Below are positions 50,345-64,000 of a stretch of 64,000 nt of DNA, in pieces. Source of the stretch: Octopus sinensis (Eukaryota); contig NC_042999.1 of NCBI RefSeq assembly GCF_006345805.1, positions 153,512,001 through 153,576,000 on the forward strand, read 5' to 3'. Position 1 is the first letter of the stretch, and each line of letters begins with the position of its first letter. Under the pieces are notes generated by a model. The model made no database searches, had not been told where the DNA came from, and was given only the letters and a program-made list of their open reading frames with translations. The position numbers and the translations under genes were made by a program.

Positions 50345-50780
50345 CTCTTTATTCTTTTACTCTTTTACTTGTTTCAGTCATTTGATTGCGGCCATGCTGG
50401 AGCACCGCCTTTAGTCGAGCAAAATCAACCCCAGACTCATTCTTTGTAAGCCTAGTACTTATTCTATCGGTCTCTTTTGCCGAACCGCTAAGTTACGGGG
50501 ACGTAACACACCACTATCGGTTGTCAAACGATGTTGGGGTGGGACAAACACAAACAAACACACACACACACACACGCACGCACGCACGCACACACACACA
50601 CACATATATGTATACATATATGTATGACGGGCTTCTTTTAGTTTCCGTCTACCAAATCCACTCACAAGGCTTTGGTCGGCCCGAGGCTATAGTAGAAGAC
50701 ATTTACCTAAGATCCCACGTAGTGGGAGTGAACCCGGAATCATGTGGCCGGTAAGCAAGCTACTTACCACACAGCGACTC
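50345..50780 (-). mobile_element. Full-length SINE family A
   Basis: Architecture as 14095-14552. Confidence 0.85.
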
Positions 50781-50829
50781 ATATCTATATACATACATAC
50801 ATACATATGTACATACATACATACATACA

Positions 50830-50860
<31 letters not shown>

Positions 50861-51516
50861 GTGTGTGTGCGTGTATGTGTGTGTGTGTGTGTATGACATA
50901 CATCACTACCACAACAACCATCATCACCGCTGCAACACTAACTCTTGGAGCTTGTGTGCCTTTAACGGGGTCCATTTCAGGGGCAACTAATTGGACTAAG
51001 TATCTGTTTCAGCATAAGACCCTTCTCACTTTCCATTAGGCCCTAAAATAAAATCATGCTTTCTGCCCTTATTATTCAGCTGACTACTCGTTTCCACTCA
51101 CCAGTTACAGAGCTTCTAAAAAGTGCCACCATAGGCGTTTCTCTTCCTCTTCTCGCTGTGCAATTATAAAAACATCATCAACTACAAACCAACAGCAACA
51201 ACAATAACTTTAGTATGAATGCTAGTGTTACATTACAACTTACAAGTTACAATCACTAAAATTGTGTCCTTAAACACTTATACGAACCTAAAACTAACGC
51301 CTCAGACATTAAAACCGCCGATAAAACAATAAATGAATAAAAAAACATACTAAAAACAGCCTAAAAAAAATTTACTCTAAGAAATCCAAGATTTCATTCC
51401 GTTAGCTGAGACTGTTGTGAGCACACACCAGCAGTGGCAATAGCAACAAAGTTGCGGCAATAATATTCGCTGTCCAAATTCTTAAACGTGTTCAAACGTT
51501 ATTATTATTATTATTA

Positions 51517-51550
<34 letters not shown>

Positions 51551-51598
51551 GAGTGTGTGTGTTCGTATGTGTAAGGCCTCGTAATAAAAGCTTCTACG

Positions 51599-51715
51599 AT
51601 GTTCAATTTTGGGAGTAACTTCTCATTTTATCCTGTTCCACTGGTTGTTTGGCTGACTGTTATAACATCCCTTCAAGAAATCACTCAGGCAACTGAAGAT
51701 TTACAATTTCTTAAG
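51599..51715 (+). CDS. Candidate first coding exon of a secreted/membrane protein (39 aa, phase-0 intron)
   Basis: acgATG; MFNFGSNFSFYPVPLVVWLTVITSLQEITQATEDLQFLK, signal-peptide-like; strong donor AAG|GTGAGA; non-repetitive context; no downstream exon identified. Confidence 0.4.
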
Positions 51716-51764
51716 GTGAGATACATTTTAATTATATCCATTTGTGACATATATGTATGTATAC

Positions 51765-51824
<60 letters not shown>

Positions 51825-52042
51825 CCGTTAGTCCACGTTTTTTCTCTGTTTTCCTTTCTCTGTCCAATGTTTTCTTTCCTCATTTTTTTTGTAGAAGAGC
51901 ATAGGCTCGAAACGACGAACACTCTTGTATTTTCCCGAGCCATTAGACTAATACGCCTTGTTTGTTGTCCCCTCACTTGTCACTGTCTTTTTTTTTCTAC
52001 GATTCTGAACTATCTGTCTGTCTATGTATGTATGTATGTATG

Positions 52043-52073
<31 letters not shown>

Positions 52074-52143
52074 GTATGTATGTATCTATCTATCTATCTA
52101 TCTATCTATCTACATATATATATATATATATAATATATATATG

Positions 52144-52180
<37 letters not shown>

Positions 52181-52229
52181 GTATATAATATATATATATA
52201 ATATATATATATATATATAATATATATAT

Positions 52230-52618
52230 ATATATATGTTCCCTCTGTGTTCAGCCCTGTGTGGCTAATCTATCTATCTATCTATCTATCTATCTATTAT
52301 TTTTTCTTTTTCCCCACGATCCCTTTTGATCGGAATTCGCCCTCATTCTTTTTTTTCTTATTTTTTTTTTTCTTTTCACGACCCCTTGTGATCGGAATTC
52401 GCGCCCTTTTTTCCTCCCCTTCTCTTCTTCCCCAAAAGAAAAGCTCTACTTTGTATTTCATCCCTTCTGTGTTTAGCCCTGCGTGGCCAATAAATAAATC
52501 TATTTATCTATCTTTCTATGTTTCTATCTATCTATTTATCTATCTATCTATCTTTATATCTATCTATCTACCTTTATATCTATCTATCTATCAATTTATC
52601 TATCTATCTGTCCGTCTG

Positions 52619-52652
<34 letters not shown>

Positions 52653-52787
52653 AATATCTATTTCTCTAGCTGTCTGTCTGTCTGTCAATCTATTTATCAA
52701 AATATCTATCTATCTATTTATCTATCTGTCTATTTATTTATTTATCTAACTATCTATCTGTAAGTCTGTCTGACTGTCCATGCAGCC

Positions 52788-52883
<96 letters not shown>

Positions 52884-53288
52884 CGAGGTTACCGTGGTAT
52901 TTTCCGTAGGTTTTCTTCCCACGGATACACCTTATCTGCTTCCCCCTTTACACCTTACATCATGACACTGTGATACACGAACCCTATTGATCGTTTTTTT
53001 TTCTGTTCCATTTCTTTCGTTTCTTTTCCCTTTTTTTCTTTTTTGTTTCTTTCCCTTTTACGATCCCTTTTAATCGAAAACTTACCCCACCTTTTTTTTC
53101 CCCAAAAAAAGAAAAGCCCTACTTTGTAATCTGTTCCGTCTTTGTGCAGCTCTGTGTGGCTTATAAAGAAACATATTTATGTATCTAATCTATCTTTGTC
53201 TGTCTATGCATCTATCTGTATATCTATCTGCCTTTCTGCCTGTCTCTGTCTTTTTATTTCGCTATCTATATTTATATGCCCATACATA

Positions 53289-53330
<42 letters not shown>

Positions 53331-53700
53331 CGTCTGTCCAGTAATAAGTATGTTGAGGATCAAATTATGCATGTCAATATGTGTACGTCGGATGCGTTAA
53401 TCTGTGTACATATTCATACTTGTGTCTACAAGTGTATATATGTGTGTATGCATGCGTGTGTGCTTATGAACTTGTGCGTACGTTTGATAATAGAAGGGAC
53501 ATCTTTGCGTATTCTTGTATATGAGCATACATCGCGTTGTTGTTCTTATTGTTATTGTTTTTTTTCTTTTTTCTTTCTTGTTTAGGATCCCTTTTGATCG
53601 ATAATCTACCCCCCCCCCCTTTTTTTCTCCCCAAAAGGAAAAGCTCTACTTTGTAATTTGTCCCCTCTGTGTTCAGCCCTGTGTGGCTAATAAAGACACA
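52230..53700 (+). mobile_element. Cluster of four truncated (TCTA)n-associated tail elements
   Basis: Ends cagccc/ctctgtgtggc(t/c)aat(aaa) near 52265, 52495, 53165 and 53695. Confidence 0.6.
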
Positions 53701-53816
53701 TATTGTAGTTTAGCCTTTGTTAGCTCACTACTCCTTCAAAGCTGAGATCTACAAAACTAGCACCCATGTTCGCATCTGAGATGTTTTACTGTAATCTAAG
53801 GACCATATGCTAGTTA

Positions 53817-54116
53817 TGTTTGTTCCTTCTCGAGCCATGCTTGGCTCATAAGGGCCGGTTTCCCGGTTTCTTGGCGTATAGGTTCCCCACCTGGACGGGA
53901 CGCTGGTTGGTCGCAGGTGAGCTGCAAGATGCAAGAGGAAAGAGTGAGAGAAAGTCGTGGCGAAAAAGTCAGCAGAAGTTCGCCATTACCTTCTGCCGGA
54001 GCCGCGTGGAGCTTAGGTGTTCCGCTCATAAACACACTCATCACCCGGTCTGAGATTCGAACCGGCGAGTCCTCGACTGCGAGTCCGCTGCTCTAACCAC
54101 TAGGCCATGTGCCTCC
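53817..54116 (-). mobile_element. Full-length SINE family D
   Basis: ggaggcacatggcctagtgg head, ggttcgaatc B box; tail ...gctcgagaaggaacaaac. Confidence 0.85.
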
Positions 54117-54289
54117 AGGCCCATATGCTAGATATTTCAATGGAAAACCTTTCGTCATATATATTTGCTGTGTGTGATGTGTGTGTTTTGAATTATATTG
54201 TATGTGCAATGTGTGTGTGTGTGTGTGTGTATATTCGTGTGAAATATAATATTTTACACATTGTATGCTTATAATTCGGTCGATCTATC

Positions 54290-54383
54290 CGTGTGTGTAT
54301 GTATGTATGTATGCATGTATGTATATGCGCGTGCGTGTGTTTATATGTATGTATGCTTGAATGCATGCATGCCCGCATGTATA

Positions 54384-54419
<36 letters not shown>

Positions 54420-54635
54420 TGTATGTATGTATGTATGTATGAATGTATGTATGTATGTATGTATGTATGTATGTATGTATGTGTGTGTGTATGTATGTAT
54501 GTATGTATGTATGTATGTGTGTGTGTATGTATGTATGTACGTATGTATATATGCATGTATGTATGTATGTATGTATGTATGTATGTATGCATGTATGTAT
54601 GTATGTATGTATGTATGTATGTATGCATGTATGTA

Positions 54636-54666
<31 letters not shown>

Positions 54667-55110
54667 ATGCATGTATGTAGTATTATGTATGTATATGTAT
54701 GTATGTATTATGTATGTATGTATGCATGTATGTATGTATGTATGTATGTATGTATGTATGTATGTATGTATGTATGTATGCATGTATGTATGAAGTATGT
54801 ATGTATGTATGTATGTATGTATGTATGTATGTATGGTATGTATGTATGTATGTATGTATGTATGCATGTATGTATGTATGTATGTATGTATGTATGTATG
54901 TATGCATGTATGTATGAATGTATGCATGTATGTATGTATGTATGCGTGTTTGTATGCGTGTTTGTATGTAAGTGTGTATGTAGGTATGTATGCTTACATG
55001 TATGTATGCAGCTATGTATGTATGTGTTTGTATGCATGTATATATGCTTGCAAGCATGTATGCATTCATATGTATGTACACGCACGCACACACACTCACA
55101 CACACACACA
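54290..55110. repeat. (TATG)n compound microsatellite
   Basis: Direct inspection. Confidence 0.95.
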
Positions 55111-55519
55111 TAAACACATGCACGTACAAGATATAAAAAAGAATGGAGTATTATATATCCTGAGAAACTGTTAGTACAGAATTATTCTAAGAATATTCAT
55201 ATTCAGTTCTACGTGAATGTTCAGTGTTGTGTTATACATTTTTGGGCGATGTATAATTCTCCCTTCTTTTGTATGATGCCTTGAGTATATACACCGTATT
55301 CTGTATAAAATCCGTGGAAGCGAACACAGGCTCCCCCTGTGGGGTGAAGTATCGAGTAATTGTTTACTTTAAACAATTTTATGTGTTCTCTACAGTAGCG
55401 TAGCTAAACGTGGAGCAACCGCTCCAGCGAGCAGATTTTTTCGAAATTACCGCCTTTTCGGCATTAGTTTGAAGACTGTAGATACCTATATCGGTAGTTG
55501 TAAGTTCCTTTCTACTGGA

Positions 55520-55933
55520 AGCACAAGCCCTCAAATTTGGGGGAAGGGATTAAATCAATTACATCGACCCAGTACGTAACTGGTACATGTTTAATCGACT
55601 CCAAAAGGATGAAAAACAAAGTCGACCTCGGCGGAATTTGAACGCAGATCGTAAAGACAGACGAAATACTGCTAAGCATTTCGCCCGGAGTGCTAACGTA
55701 TCTTATTTCTTTACTGACCGCAAGGGGCTAAACATAGAGGGGACAAACAAGGACAGATAAACGGATTAAGTCGATTACATCGACCCCAGTGCGTAACGGG
55801 TACTTAATTTATCGACCTCGAAAGGATGAAAGGCAAAGTTGACCTCGGCGGAATTTGAACGCAGAACGTAAAGACAGACGAAACACCGCTAAGTATTTCG
55901 CCCGGAGTGCTAACGTTTCTGCTGCTCGCCGCC
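55520..55933 (-). mobile_element. SINE family B dimer
   Basis: Two units; the head gcggcgagcagcagaaacg lies near 55930 on the minus strand. Confidence 0.8.
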
Positions 55934-56573
55934 TTAGTTCAATTCATAATGACATTGTTACAGAAACATAAAATTAATGAATGTAAATGACAATTACGTG
56001 TATTATAATTAATGAAATAATTCGCATAATAAAAGAGAACTGAGTTAAAACTTGGAAATATTAATATTTCTAAATCTCTCTAAAGAGACTACGGCAGCGG
56101 TGCTGGATATTAATAGCTATCGCCAAGCTAACACGGCAGTCCAGATATATAGGACGAATGCTGCCGTTGATTAGCTCCAATATGCCATCGCCTTTAGCTA
56201 GTTATGTGAGTTAAAAATTGTTTGGTAGGTATCATGACATCTTTTTTATGTTCTCGCTCTTTCTGGTTTTAGAACCTGACTATACAGACATAGATAATCA
56301 AAATTTTGCTGTACAAATTGAAATTTTATTTCCCGAAAAATTTAATTAAAGGTGCGGAATTCTCCACCCTTTATTATGTCTAATATATAATGGAATTTTA
56401 CACGAAATCCTTCGAAGCGAACCCAGAATTTATCAATCGGAAGGTGTATAATTATAACTGTTTATTCTACAAGATTTCAAAGATTTCCTAAAATTCTATA
56501 TGGTTAGCCAGGTCTGGATTTTAACAGAGTGTTTGTAAGTTATCTACCGGGATTCAAAATCTATATTGCTTTG

Positions 56574-56613
<40 letters not shown>

Positions 56614-56716
56614 CACACACACACACACATACACACTCACACACACACCAAAAACGTGCTGTTTCTGGGGGCTTAGTGATCTAAAAATAATGATTATAAT
56701 TTGATACCATCATCGG

Positions 56717-56797
56717 GTAATACCAACCCCCGTCGTTAGGGAAGAATTTTACACCTTAAATGTAAAATTCTTCCCTGAAGACGGAGGCTGGTATTAT
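56717..56797. repeat. 37-bp-arm hairpin with a perfect 16-bp core
   Basis: agggaagaattttaca-ccttaaa-tgtaaaattcttccct; imperfect extension outward. Confidence 0.85.
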
Positions 56798-56991
56798 CAT
56801 TTCTATTCTGTGTAAATCGGACCTTCTTATATGTAAAGATATGTACATTTTAAAAATTAAATATAATTATTATTCTTTGTATATCGACTTGCCTAACTTG
56901 CGTATTCTTAGATTTACTCCTCTACCTGCTCAAGTTTAAATATCTTGAGCACTGCGAATTGTATTCTATACGGAGAACATCTGTCTCTCAT

Positions 56992-57134
<143 letters not shown>

Positions 57135-57423
57135 TATATATATATCCCTAAATGCCTGAGAGACTTACATGGTGTGGATGTGGGTTTCTTTAAAACTAAA
57201 CTGGATCTCTTCTTGTCGGGAGTCCCAGATGAACCTACCTCACGACAGGAGACGAAGATGCGGGCAGCAGCATCGAACTACCTTGTTGATCAAGTGCCAC
57301 GTATCAGAGGTGGATTCGCAAATTAGCGTAGCTCATTCAGCGGTGGTGCCCCAGCATGGCCGCGACCTTCGGGCTAAAACATTTTTAAGGATTTAAGGAT
57401 ATATATATATATATATAATATAC

Positions 57424-57588
<165 letters not shown>

Positions 57589-57648
57589 TGAGTTCTCTAT
57601 ATTCTGACAGTCAACACTAAACGAAATTATTGAAATGAATAATGTAAT

Positions 57649-57960
57649 TTGGACATGATGTTTAAATCGGCAGTAAGGGAGTCTCTAAAGTTTGGACCGC
57701 TTCTCCGCTTTGAGAGATCAAACCTCTGGTACTATGGACAAATCAGAAGGCGGATTCCACAAGCTGAGCGAACAGGCAGGAGACCAAGGGGTAGACCAAG
57801 AACGAGATGGCTGGATATAATCCATAGTTTCTGTTGGTCACGTTTGGGGGAAATCTAATGACGGTTGTTTCTGATAGGACCCTATGGAGGAGATGCCTGA
57901 AAACGCTACCCCAACGACCCTTCCCCGGACTAGTGAGCAAAGAAGATGGATGGACGGGAT
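57649..57960 (+). pseudogene. RTE-clade LINE 3' end
   Basis: LWYYGQI...GRRPRGRPRTRWLD...WSRLG; DRTLWRRCLKTLPQRP...EDGW. Confidence 0.8.
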
Positions 57961-58459
57961 TTAAATACATCGATGAACTCTGCTTACCCACGGGCCTATT
58001 TACGATTTGGTATATTTTTGCTTCAGACAGAACACATTGGTGCTCGTCACAGAATTCAGAAATTAATGGCGATCCCAGATCTTATCAATTAGGTCACATG
58101 TAACCCGATCTAAACTGGGATTTTATAGTTAAATGGAATTGAGAATTACAAACGTATCTGCATTTCCCAAGGCACCAACTTGCAGGTCAACGCTGCAGTA
58201 ATTTTTCGTTCTTTCCAAAATTTAATCTCTGTTTCTTTCGACGCCTCAGAGTTGTTATTCTGGTCCGTGCTGTTGGTGTTTGTTATTGTTGTTGTCATCG
58301 TAGTTGTTGTTGTGGCTGCTGTGTTTCATATTTCTTTGCATCGTTTTCATTTAACAACAACATATTTTATTTCAAGTGGCCAATAATTATTACTCGCCAA
58401 AACAAAACGTAACAACACTTTACTCGAAACGAGGTAGCGACGGCGGGCAGAGGGAAGAA

Positions 58460-58670
58460 CAACTGCAAACAGAATAATAATGACAATGATAATAATAATA
58501 ATAATAATATAATAATAATAATAATATAATAATAATAATAACAATAATAATAATAATAATAATAAATAATAATATGACAATGATAATAATAATAATAATA
58601 TAATAGTAATAATAATAATAATAGCAATAATAATAATGATAATAATAATAATAGTAATAATAATAATAAC

Positions 58671-58725
<55 letters not shown>

Positions 58726-58739
58726 GTAATATAATAATA

Positions 58740-58781
<42 letters not shown>

Positions 58782-58823
58782 TAATAATAATAGTAATAAT
58801 AATAATATAATAATAATAATAAT

Positions 58824-58883
<60 letters not shown>

Positions 58884-58885
58884 TG
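58460..58885. repeat. (AAT)n microsatellite, ~420 bp
   Basis: Direct inspection. Confidence 0.95.
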
Positions 58886-59285
58886 TAAGTAAATATATTA
58901 ACAAAAGAAAACTGAAAGGCCAAACGGAAGTCAGCTTTATGAAATCCAGATTGTTATTTAAATCTGAATGGGTTTGTATTCTGTTGTTACGTAACTCTAT
59001 TCTTTATTGGGGGTCTTTGTTTAACTATGTACACCAGCAACCCCCCACCCAGATTTTTTCTCTATCTCTTTCTCCCTCTCCCTCTCCCTCTCATTCACTT
59101 TTTTCTCTCTCAACGTTTTCTTTTTGCTCTTACTCTATATATATATCTCTTTCTCTCCGTCTCTTTTGTATGATGTTTCTATTACGTCTTAAGTTGCATC
59201 GTTCTTCGTCGCCGCCGTTGATCTTTTAATGGCGGTTGTTGAAGTTTTTAGTGTGCGAGTACACGAACTGTTTTCTCCTTTTTAC

Positions 59286-59334
<49 letters not shown>

Positions 59335-59469
59335 TTATGAAAGACGTTAAAAAACTCGGTTAGCATCTCATCTGAGACCACTTAGAGACAAATAACGGAA
59401 GCATAAATAATAATGCCACAAACATTTCACAGTTACACCAACAGGTTCTGGTTTCAAGTTATGCATTAT

Positions 59470-59511
59470 TGTTGCGGCTGTTGACGATGGTGATGATGAA
59501 GATGATGATGG

Positions 59512-59556
<45 letters not shown>

Positions 59557-59882
59557 CGACGACGATGATGGTAACAATGATGGTGGTGGTGGTGGTGGTG
59601 ATGATGATGATGATGATGATGATGATGACGACGACGATGATGGTGACAATGATGGTAGTGGTGGTGGTGGTGGTGGTGGTGGTGGTGGTGATGATGATGA
59701 TGATGATGATGATAGTAGTGATGGTGGTGGTGGTGGGTATGATGATTACGACCACCACCACTATGATGTGGATAATGATGATGATGAAGACAGCGTCGAT
59801 GACACCGCCGATTATGGCGATAATGATGACAATGATAATAATGATCGTAACGACGGACGACGACGACGACAACGACGATGAC

Positions 59883-59915
<33 letters not shown>
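59470..59915. repeat. Compound (GAT)/(GGT)/(GAC) trinucleotide array
   Basis: Direct inspection. Confidence 0.95.
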
Positions 59916-60359
59916 AGTGTACAAGTATTTGTTACTGTTCTTTTGTTTATAAACAGTAGGATACTGAAGCTACAGTGGGAGCCATACATTGATCCGGTTT
60001 CGATTCTTTAGTAGGGAACAAAGTTATTTTACACCATTAGTCAAGAACATCATTTTGTTCAGCAAGCTTAACAATACCACCCTATTTAACGCCATCTCAT
60101 AGTTCTTGGGTAACTAGATCCACCCGGGTTTTCTCATCAACGCTTTTTCCCTAAAGACATTCATTTGCACATGTTTGTATTGCACACATATAGGCTATGT
60201 CATACAGGGTACGTCATAAAGAGTACGTCTGTCTCATCAGTTTGAATATATGGTCTGCCAATGCCATGATTGCTCTAACAAAAAGAAGAAAACCATCTCA
60301 CACAATACCATGATTTTGTCCTTTCTTTCAGATACACTCTTCAATATCAAGATAAAAAA

Positions 60360-60738
60360 GGCGGCGAGCTGGCAAAATCGTTAGCACTCCGGGCGAAATG
60401 CGTAGCCGTATTTCGTCTGCCGTTACGTTCTGAGTTCAAATTCCGATGAGGTCGACTTTGCCTTTCATCCTTTCTGGGTCGATTAAATAAGTACCAGTTA
60501 CGTACTGGGATTGATATAATCGACTTAACCCGTTTGTCTGTCCTTGTTTGTCCTCTGTGTTTAGCCCCTTCTGGGCAGTAAAAAAATAGGTATTTCGTGT
60601 CTTTACGTTGAAATTCCGCCGAGGTCGAGTTTGCCTTTCATCCATACGGGGTCGATAAGTTATGTACCAACTACGTAGTGGGATCGATCTAATCGACTGG
60701 CCTCCTCCCCAAAAATTTCGGGCCTTGCGCCTAGAAAA
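60360..60738 (+). mobile_element. SINE family B dimer
   Basis: Head ggcggcgagctggc; junction aaaaaata|ggtatttcg. Confidence 0.85.
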
Positions 60739-60744
60739 GAATAT

Positions 60745-61040
60745 CTACTCTCCAAAACTTCGTTTTCACGATCATTTGGAGCTGTCTCTTATTTCATGCG
60801 GTGTCCCTCCCAATAGGTTAGAGCCCCTGGCTGCTAATCGGAAGGCATGGAGGTCCGAGTCTCACACTTGAGTAGAACGCTTTGAAACCGAACGTAGGAG
60901 ACTTCATCAAGAGAGGAGGAGGCGTTGTCATCAACCCTCCTACGTCTGTTATTCGGGGTTACTTTCGGTGCTTTCGTATCGGTTTTATCAGTCAAGTGCG
61001 CTCCAATGAGAAACAATTTGCTGGAGATGGAGGCGGATTA
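60745..61040 (+). pseudogene. RTE/BovB-like LINE 3' end
   Basis: PKLRFHDHLELSLISCGV...LEPLAANRKAWRS...VERFETERRR. Confidence 0.65.
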
Positions 61041-61289
61041 ATGTCTTAGATTAACGCTGACATCACCTGTGATGAGCTGTCATAAGCAAGCTAAGCTAAG
61101 CTAGTACCTACACAACAATAAATTGTTATTGATTGAATCCTATCGACTAGGAACTAATTTAACAAAGACAGGATCAGAATTTAGAACTAGATATAGCAGC
61201 GTGTACAGTTTTTACTGTTATTTATCCATCTCATCTCTCTATCGTTTCATGTTTTCTCTGAATACATGAACCTTCCCACCTTGGTCTCC

Positions 61290-64000
61290 ATTTTCTGCAT
61301 CACCGTTTGGTCCACGTGTGCTTTTTATCCTCTATCTTCTTTCCATACAGTGTACTTTTCTCGCTGTCGGTAGTATTGTCGATTCTGCATTTCACATAGT
61401 TAGTCCTTAACGCTTATTCTTGAGCTGCGCATATAAGTGCTTCTGTCTCTAACTTCAGATCACTCCTCCTCAACCATAGTCACTGGTCTACTGTAACATG
61501 TCTTGGAGTTCGAATCTTTTGCAAACTGACCGCACCGTTTTTTTCCATTCTGTTGCCTTTTTTAAGTCTTTTTCCTCTTTAAGTTTTTCTTTCTTTACAC
61601 AATTATCAGTTTTAATGGCACTGGCCTTCTCCACATGTTTCAACAATGGTTCCGCTGCATTTTTTACATACCACCCTGAGCTGATTTCCTCTGTTTAGAT
61701 ACAATACTGGCAACTGATGAAACTTCTCTCACTATTTCTTCTGGATAACTACATCCTATCGGTGTCACTCATAGGATTGAAGGCTCTGTGCAGTCAACAT
61801 TTTTCTTGTCTTCATATTCATGTTCATCAGTTCTTTCTTTTTCTATTTTATGATTCCAGTTCCATGCCTTAGTGATGCTATCACCTATGTATTAACTGTT
61901 TGGATTTTATTCCGTCCGGTCAATTTTGAGTGCAACACCAGTCTTAGTCTCTGGAAATATTCCATCCTCAGTTGCTCTTTCATTTCCTTCTCCATTACTT
62001 ACCTTTTTTAATTCTAGTACACCAAGTTATTTGTACCATTCCGTTTCAATTTGCTTAATCAGTTCTCTATTCGGTAATTCTATCCACGCTAGGGACTTAC
62101 CTAGCCTCATTTCAGGTACATTATTCCACACTTCTTGAGTCCGAATTCCATTCTATTATCAGCACTAAAACAGTAGACCGTGTTCAACAAGGAACTCACT
62201 GGTGCCTTATCCTTGCCATACAACTTCCAATCATCCATGAAGAGGAGGTGGTTGATTGTTTGAGATTGTTTGAGATTTTCACTTCAGCTGATAACCTAGG
62301 TTTATTTTCCTAAGTACTAAGGTCAGGTATATCATACAGAGAACAAAAAGTAACTGAGATAAGCTATCACTCTGGAAAATCGTTCTTCTAATACCCAGGG
62401 TGTCTAAGCTTTTTCCGTAGGATGTCAACTCAGTTCTCCAACCCACCATACTTCTCTTCAGGAAATGCGTTACATTTCTCGCAATTCCAATAATCATATT
62501 ATAAGCTTTGCAAGTCATTCCCAAATTTTTTCTCTTTTGTTTACAATCTAGCATTACCATTTTGTCTGTCATCAATTGATCTTTGGTACCTCTGCATTTC
62601 CTTCTACAGCCTTTAATTTCCAACGGTAATATATCGTTTTTATCAAGAAATTTGTAAGGTTCTTCTGCAATTCCTCCTGACAGTAATTTCCACATCAATG
62701 GGAGGCAAGAAATTGGCCTGTAATTGTCAGCACCATGTCAATCAGCTCGGGATTTCTTCTAGATCAATGCATTCAATTGCTCTGCGATTAATCTATGACA
62801 TCTACTTAATTTTTTATCCCAAATCCCTGTACACCATCAGGTCCTGTTGCTTTGTAATTGCCTATCTTTTTACTCATATTTCTGATACTGTCTTCTGTGA
62901 AGTGGATAGCCTCTTGCTGGGGATAAGAAGCTGTTTGCTTCAGGCTGCAGAACCATTCAACTGTTGTATTATGTTGTTCTTGCTTACTCCATATCTTACC
63001 CACCAAAAGTCGACTTTCATCAGCATCAGTGATTAATCTTCTATGTTTTATATCATCATTAATCTCTTGGTAAAATCTTATTTGGTCGGATTTAACCAAT
63101 TTGCTTTGCCAATAGTGCTTAATCCGTTGTTCAAACCAAGTTAGCTTTGCTTTTTTGGCAAGTATGCGCTGCTTCAGTTCTTCAGTTCCAAATTCCAGGC
63201 CTTTCGTATCTACACCATATTTCTTCCTCACTTTTTCGAATTTGCGATCATTCTCCAATTCTCCATTTCTTTTCCTGATAAGTACTAACACTACCCTGCT
63301 CAAGGAGTTTATATCCTCTGAAATTCTCTTTTTCTACCAAGGTCGTTTATTTCCTCTTCTATCCGTCGATGTTCTGTTCTCAGTAGTTCTCAGTCCCATC
63401 CTTTCTGCCACAATCTTAATTGCAGCCTCGATGAGATTATTTGTTTGTGTGACGCTCGTTGTTTCATCATTGACTTTACTCGTCTCTTGATTTAGTCTCC
63501 ATTGGTTAACCTTCTTAAAGTCGCACGTAAATTCTGCCCCTTCTGTATTTAATAGGGGCAAAATCATGTTTATTATTAATTGGTCTTCATTGTTCGAGTA
63601 GTCACTGATCTCAATTCTTTCACAATTCTTGGTAGTATATTCTTGCGAACAATTGTCCATATCTTCCACTATACCATTTCCGTTTCTCGTATGCCCAACA
63701 TCACCCGATATCTTTCTTTTAATTGCTTCCAGCTCCATTCCTGTTAACCATCCAATCATTCGTATGGCTCTTGCTTGGTCACATAATCTCTGCTCAATTA
63801 ATCTCAAACAGATCTAATGCCTTCCATTTTCTGTGCATTCGTTTTCTGTACCCTCTGACATGCATGCCATTTGCCTCCGCTGTGATGCTTATTATTTTCA
63901 TAATCATCTTCTTTCTGTTCTGTTTCCATTTCTTGTCGAACGTCTTCCTGGAACCTAGGGCAGAGAAACGCACTGAATACATTGGTAGGCCATTAAAATA
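61290..64000 (-). pseudogene. Long decayed Dong/R4-clade retrotransposon ORF
   Basis: GYRKRMH...EQRLCDQARAIR; KQRILAKKAK...FYQE; [13 protein letters not shown]; [20 protein letters not shown]; YKxLGVLE; LHSKLTGRNK; LRRSDLKLETEALICAAQExALRTNYVK. Confidence 0.9.

Noticed and set aside
59368-60011. Poly-His/poly-Thr/poly-Met ORFs suggestive of a beak or metal-binding protein
   Set aside because: Pure compound trinucleotide array, open in many frames, with no splice or signal context.

Overview
AT-rich, repeat-saturated animal genomic DNA, most likely a coleoid cephalopod (Octopus-like). That assignment is an inference from the tRNA-derived SINE families and the very dense TA/CA/AAT/TCTA/TATG microsatellites. 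There is no complete host gene. Nearly all listed ORFs are microsatellite artefacts. The real coding remnants are transposon-derived: Buster/Charlie hAT, mariner, CR1, Tx1/L1, RTE, Dong/R4, and a young Penelope-like element (RT + GIY-YIG) with a 1.6-kb inverted 3' copy. One candidate host first exon with a signal-peptide-like sequence lies at 51599-51715 (+), and there is one 100-N gap at 43628-43727. The most interesting signal is a set of hammerhead-ribozyme (HHR) retroelements. (1) A non-coding 355-nt-monomer tandem element (40486-41067) has two type I HHRs with a compensatory U3-A8 core and palindromic stem III, i.e. a retrozyme-like circRNA generator, nested in a SINE microsatellite. (2) The same U3-A8 minimal HHR variant occurs in both 3' ends of the Penelope element, a plausible mobilising partner. 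(3) Several further TA-microsatellite elements show terminal redundancy, fold-back hairpins or decayed HHR boxes. HHR-bearing Penelope elements and animal retrozymes are known classes. Whether these families or this core variant are described in octopus cannot be judged without database searches. All RNA structures were paired by eye, and repeat boundaries are approximate unless stated.
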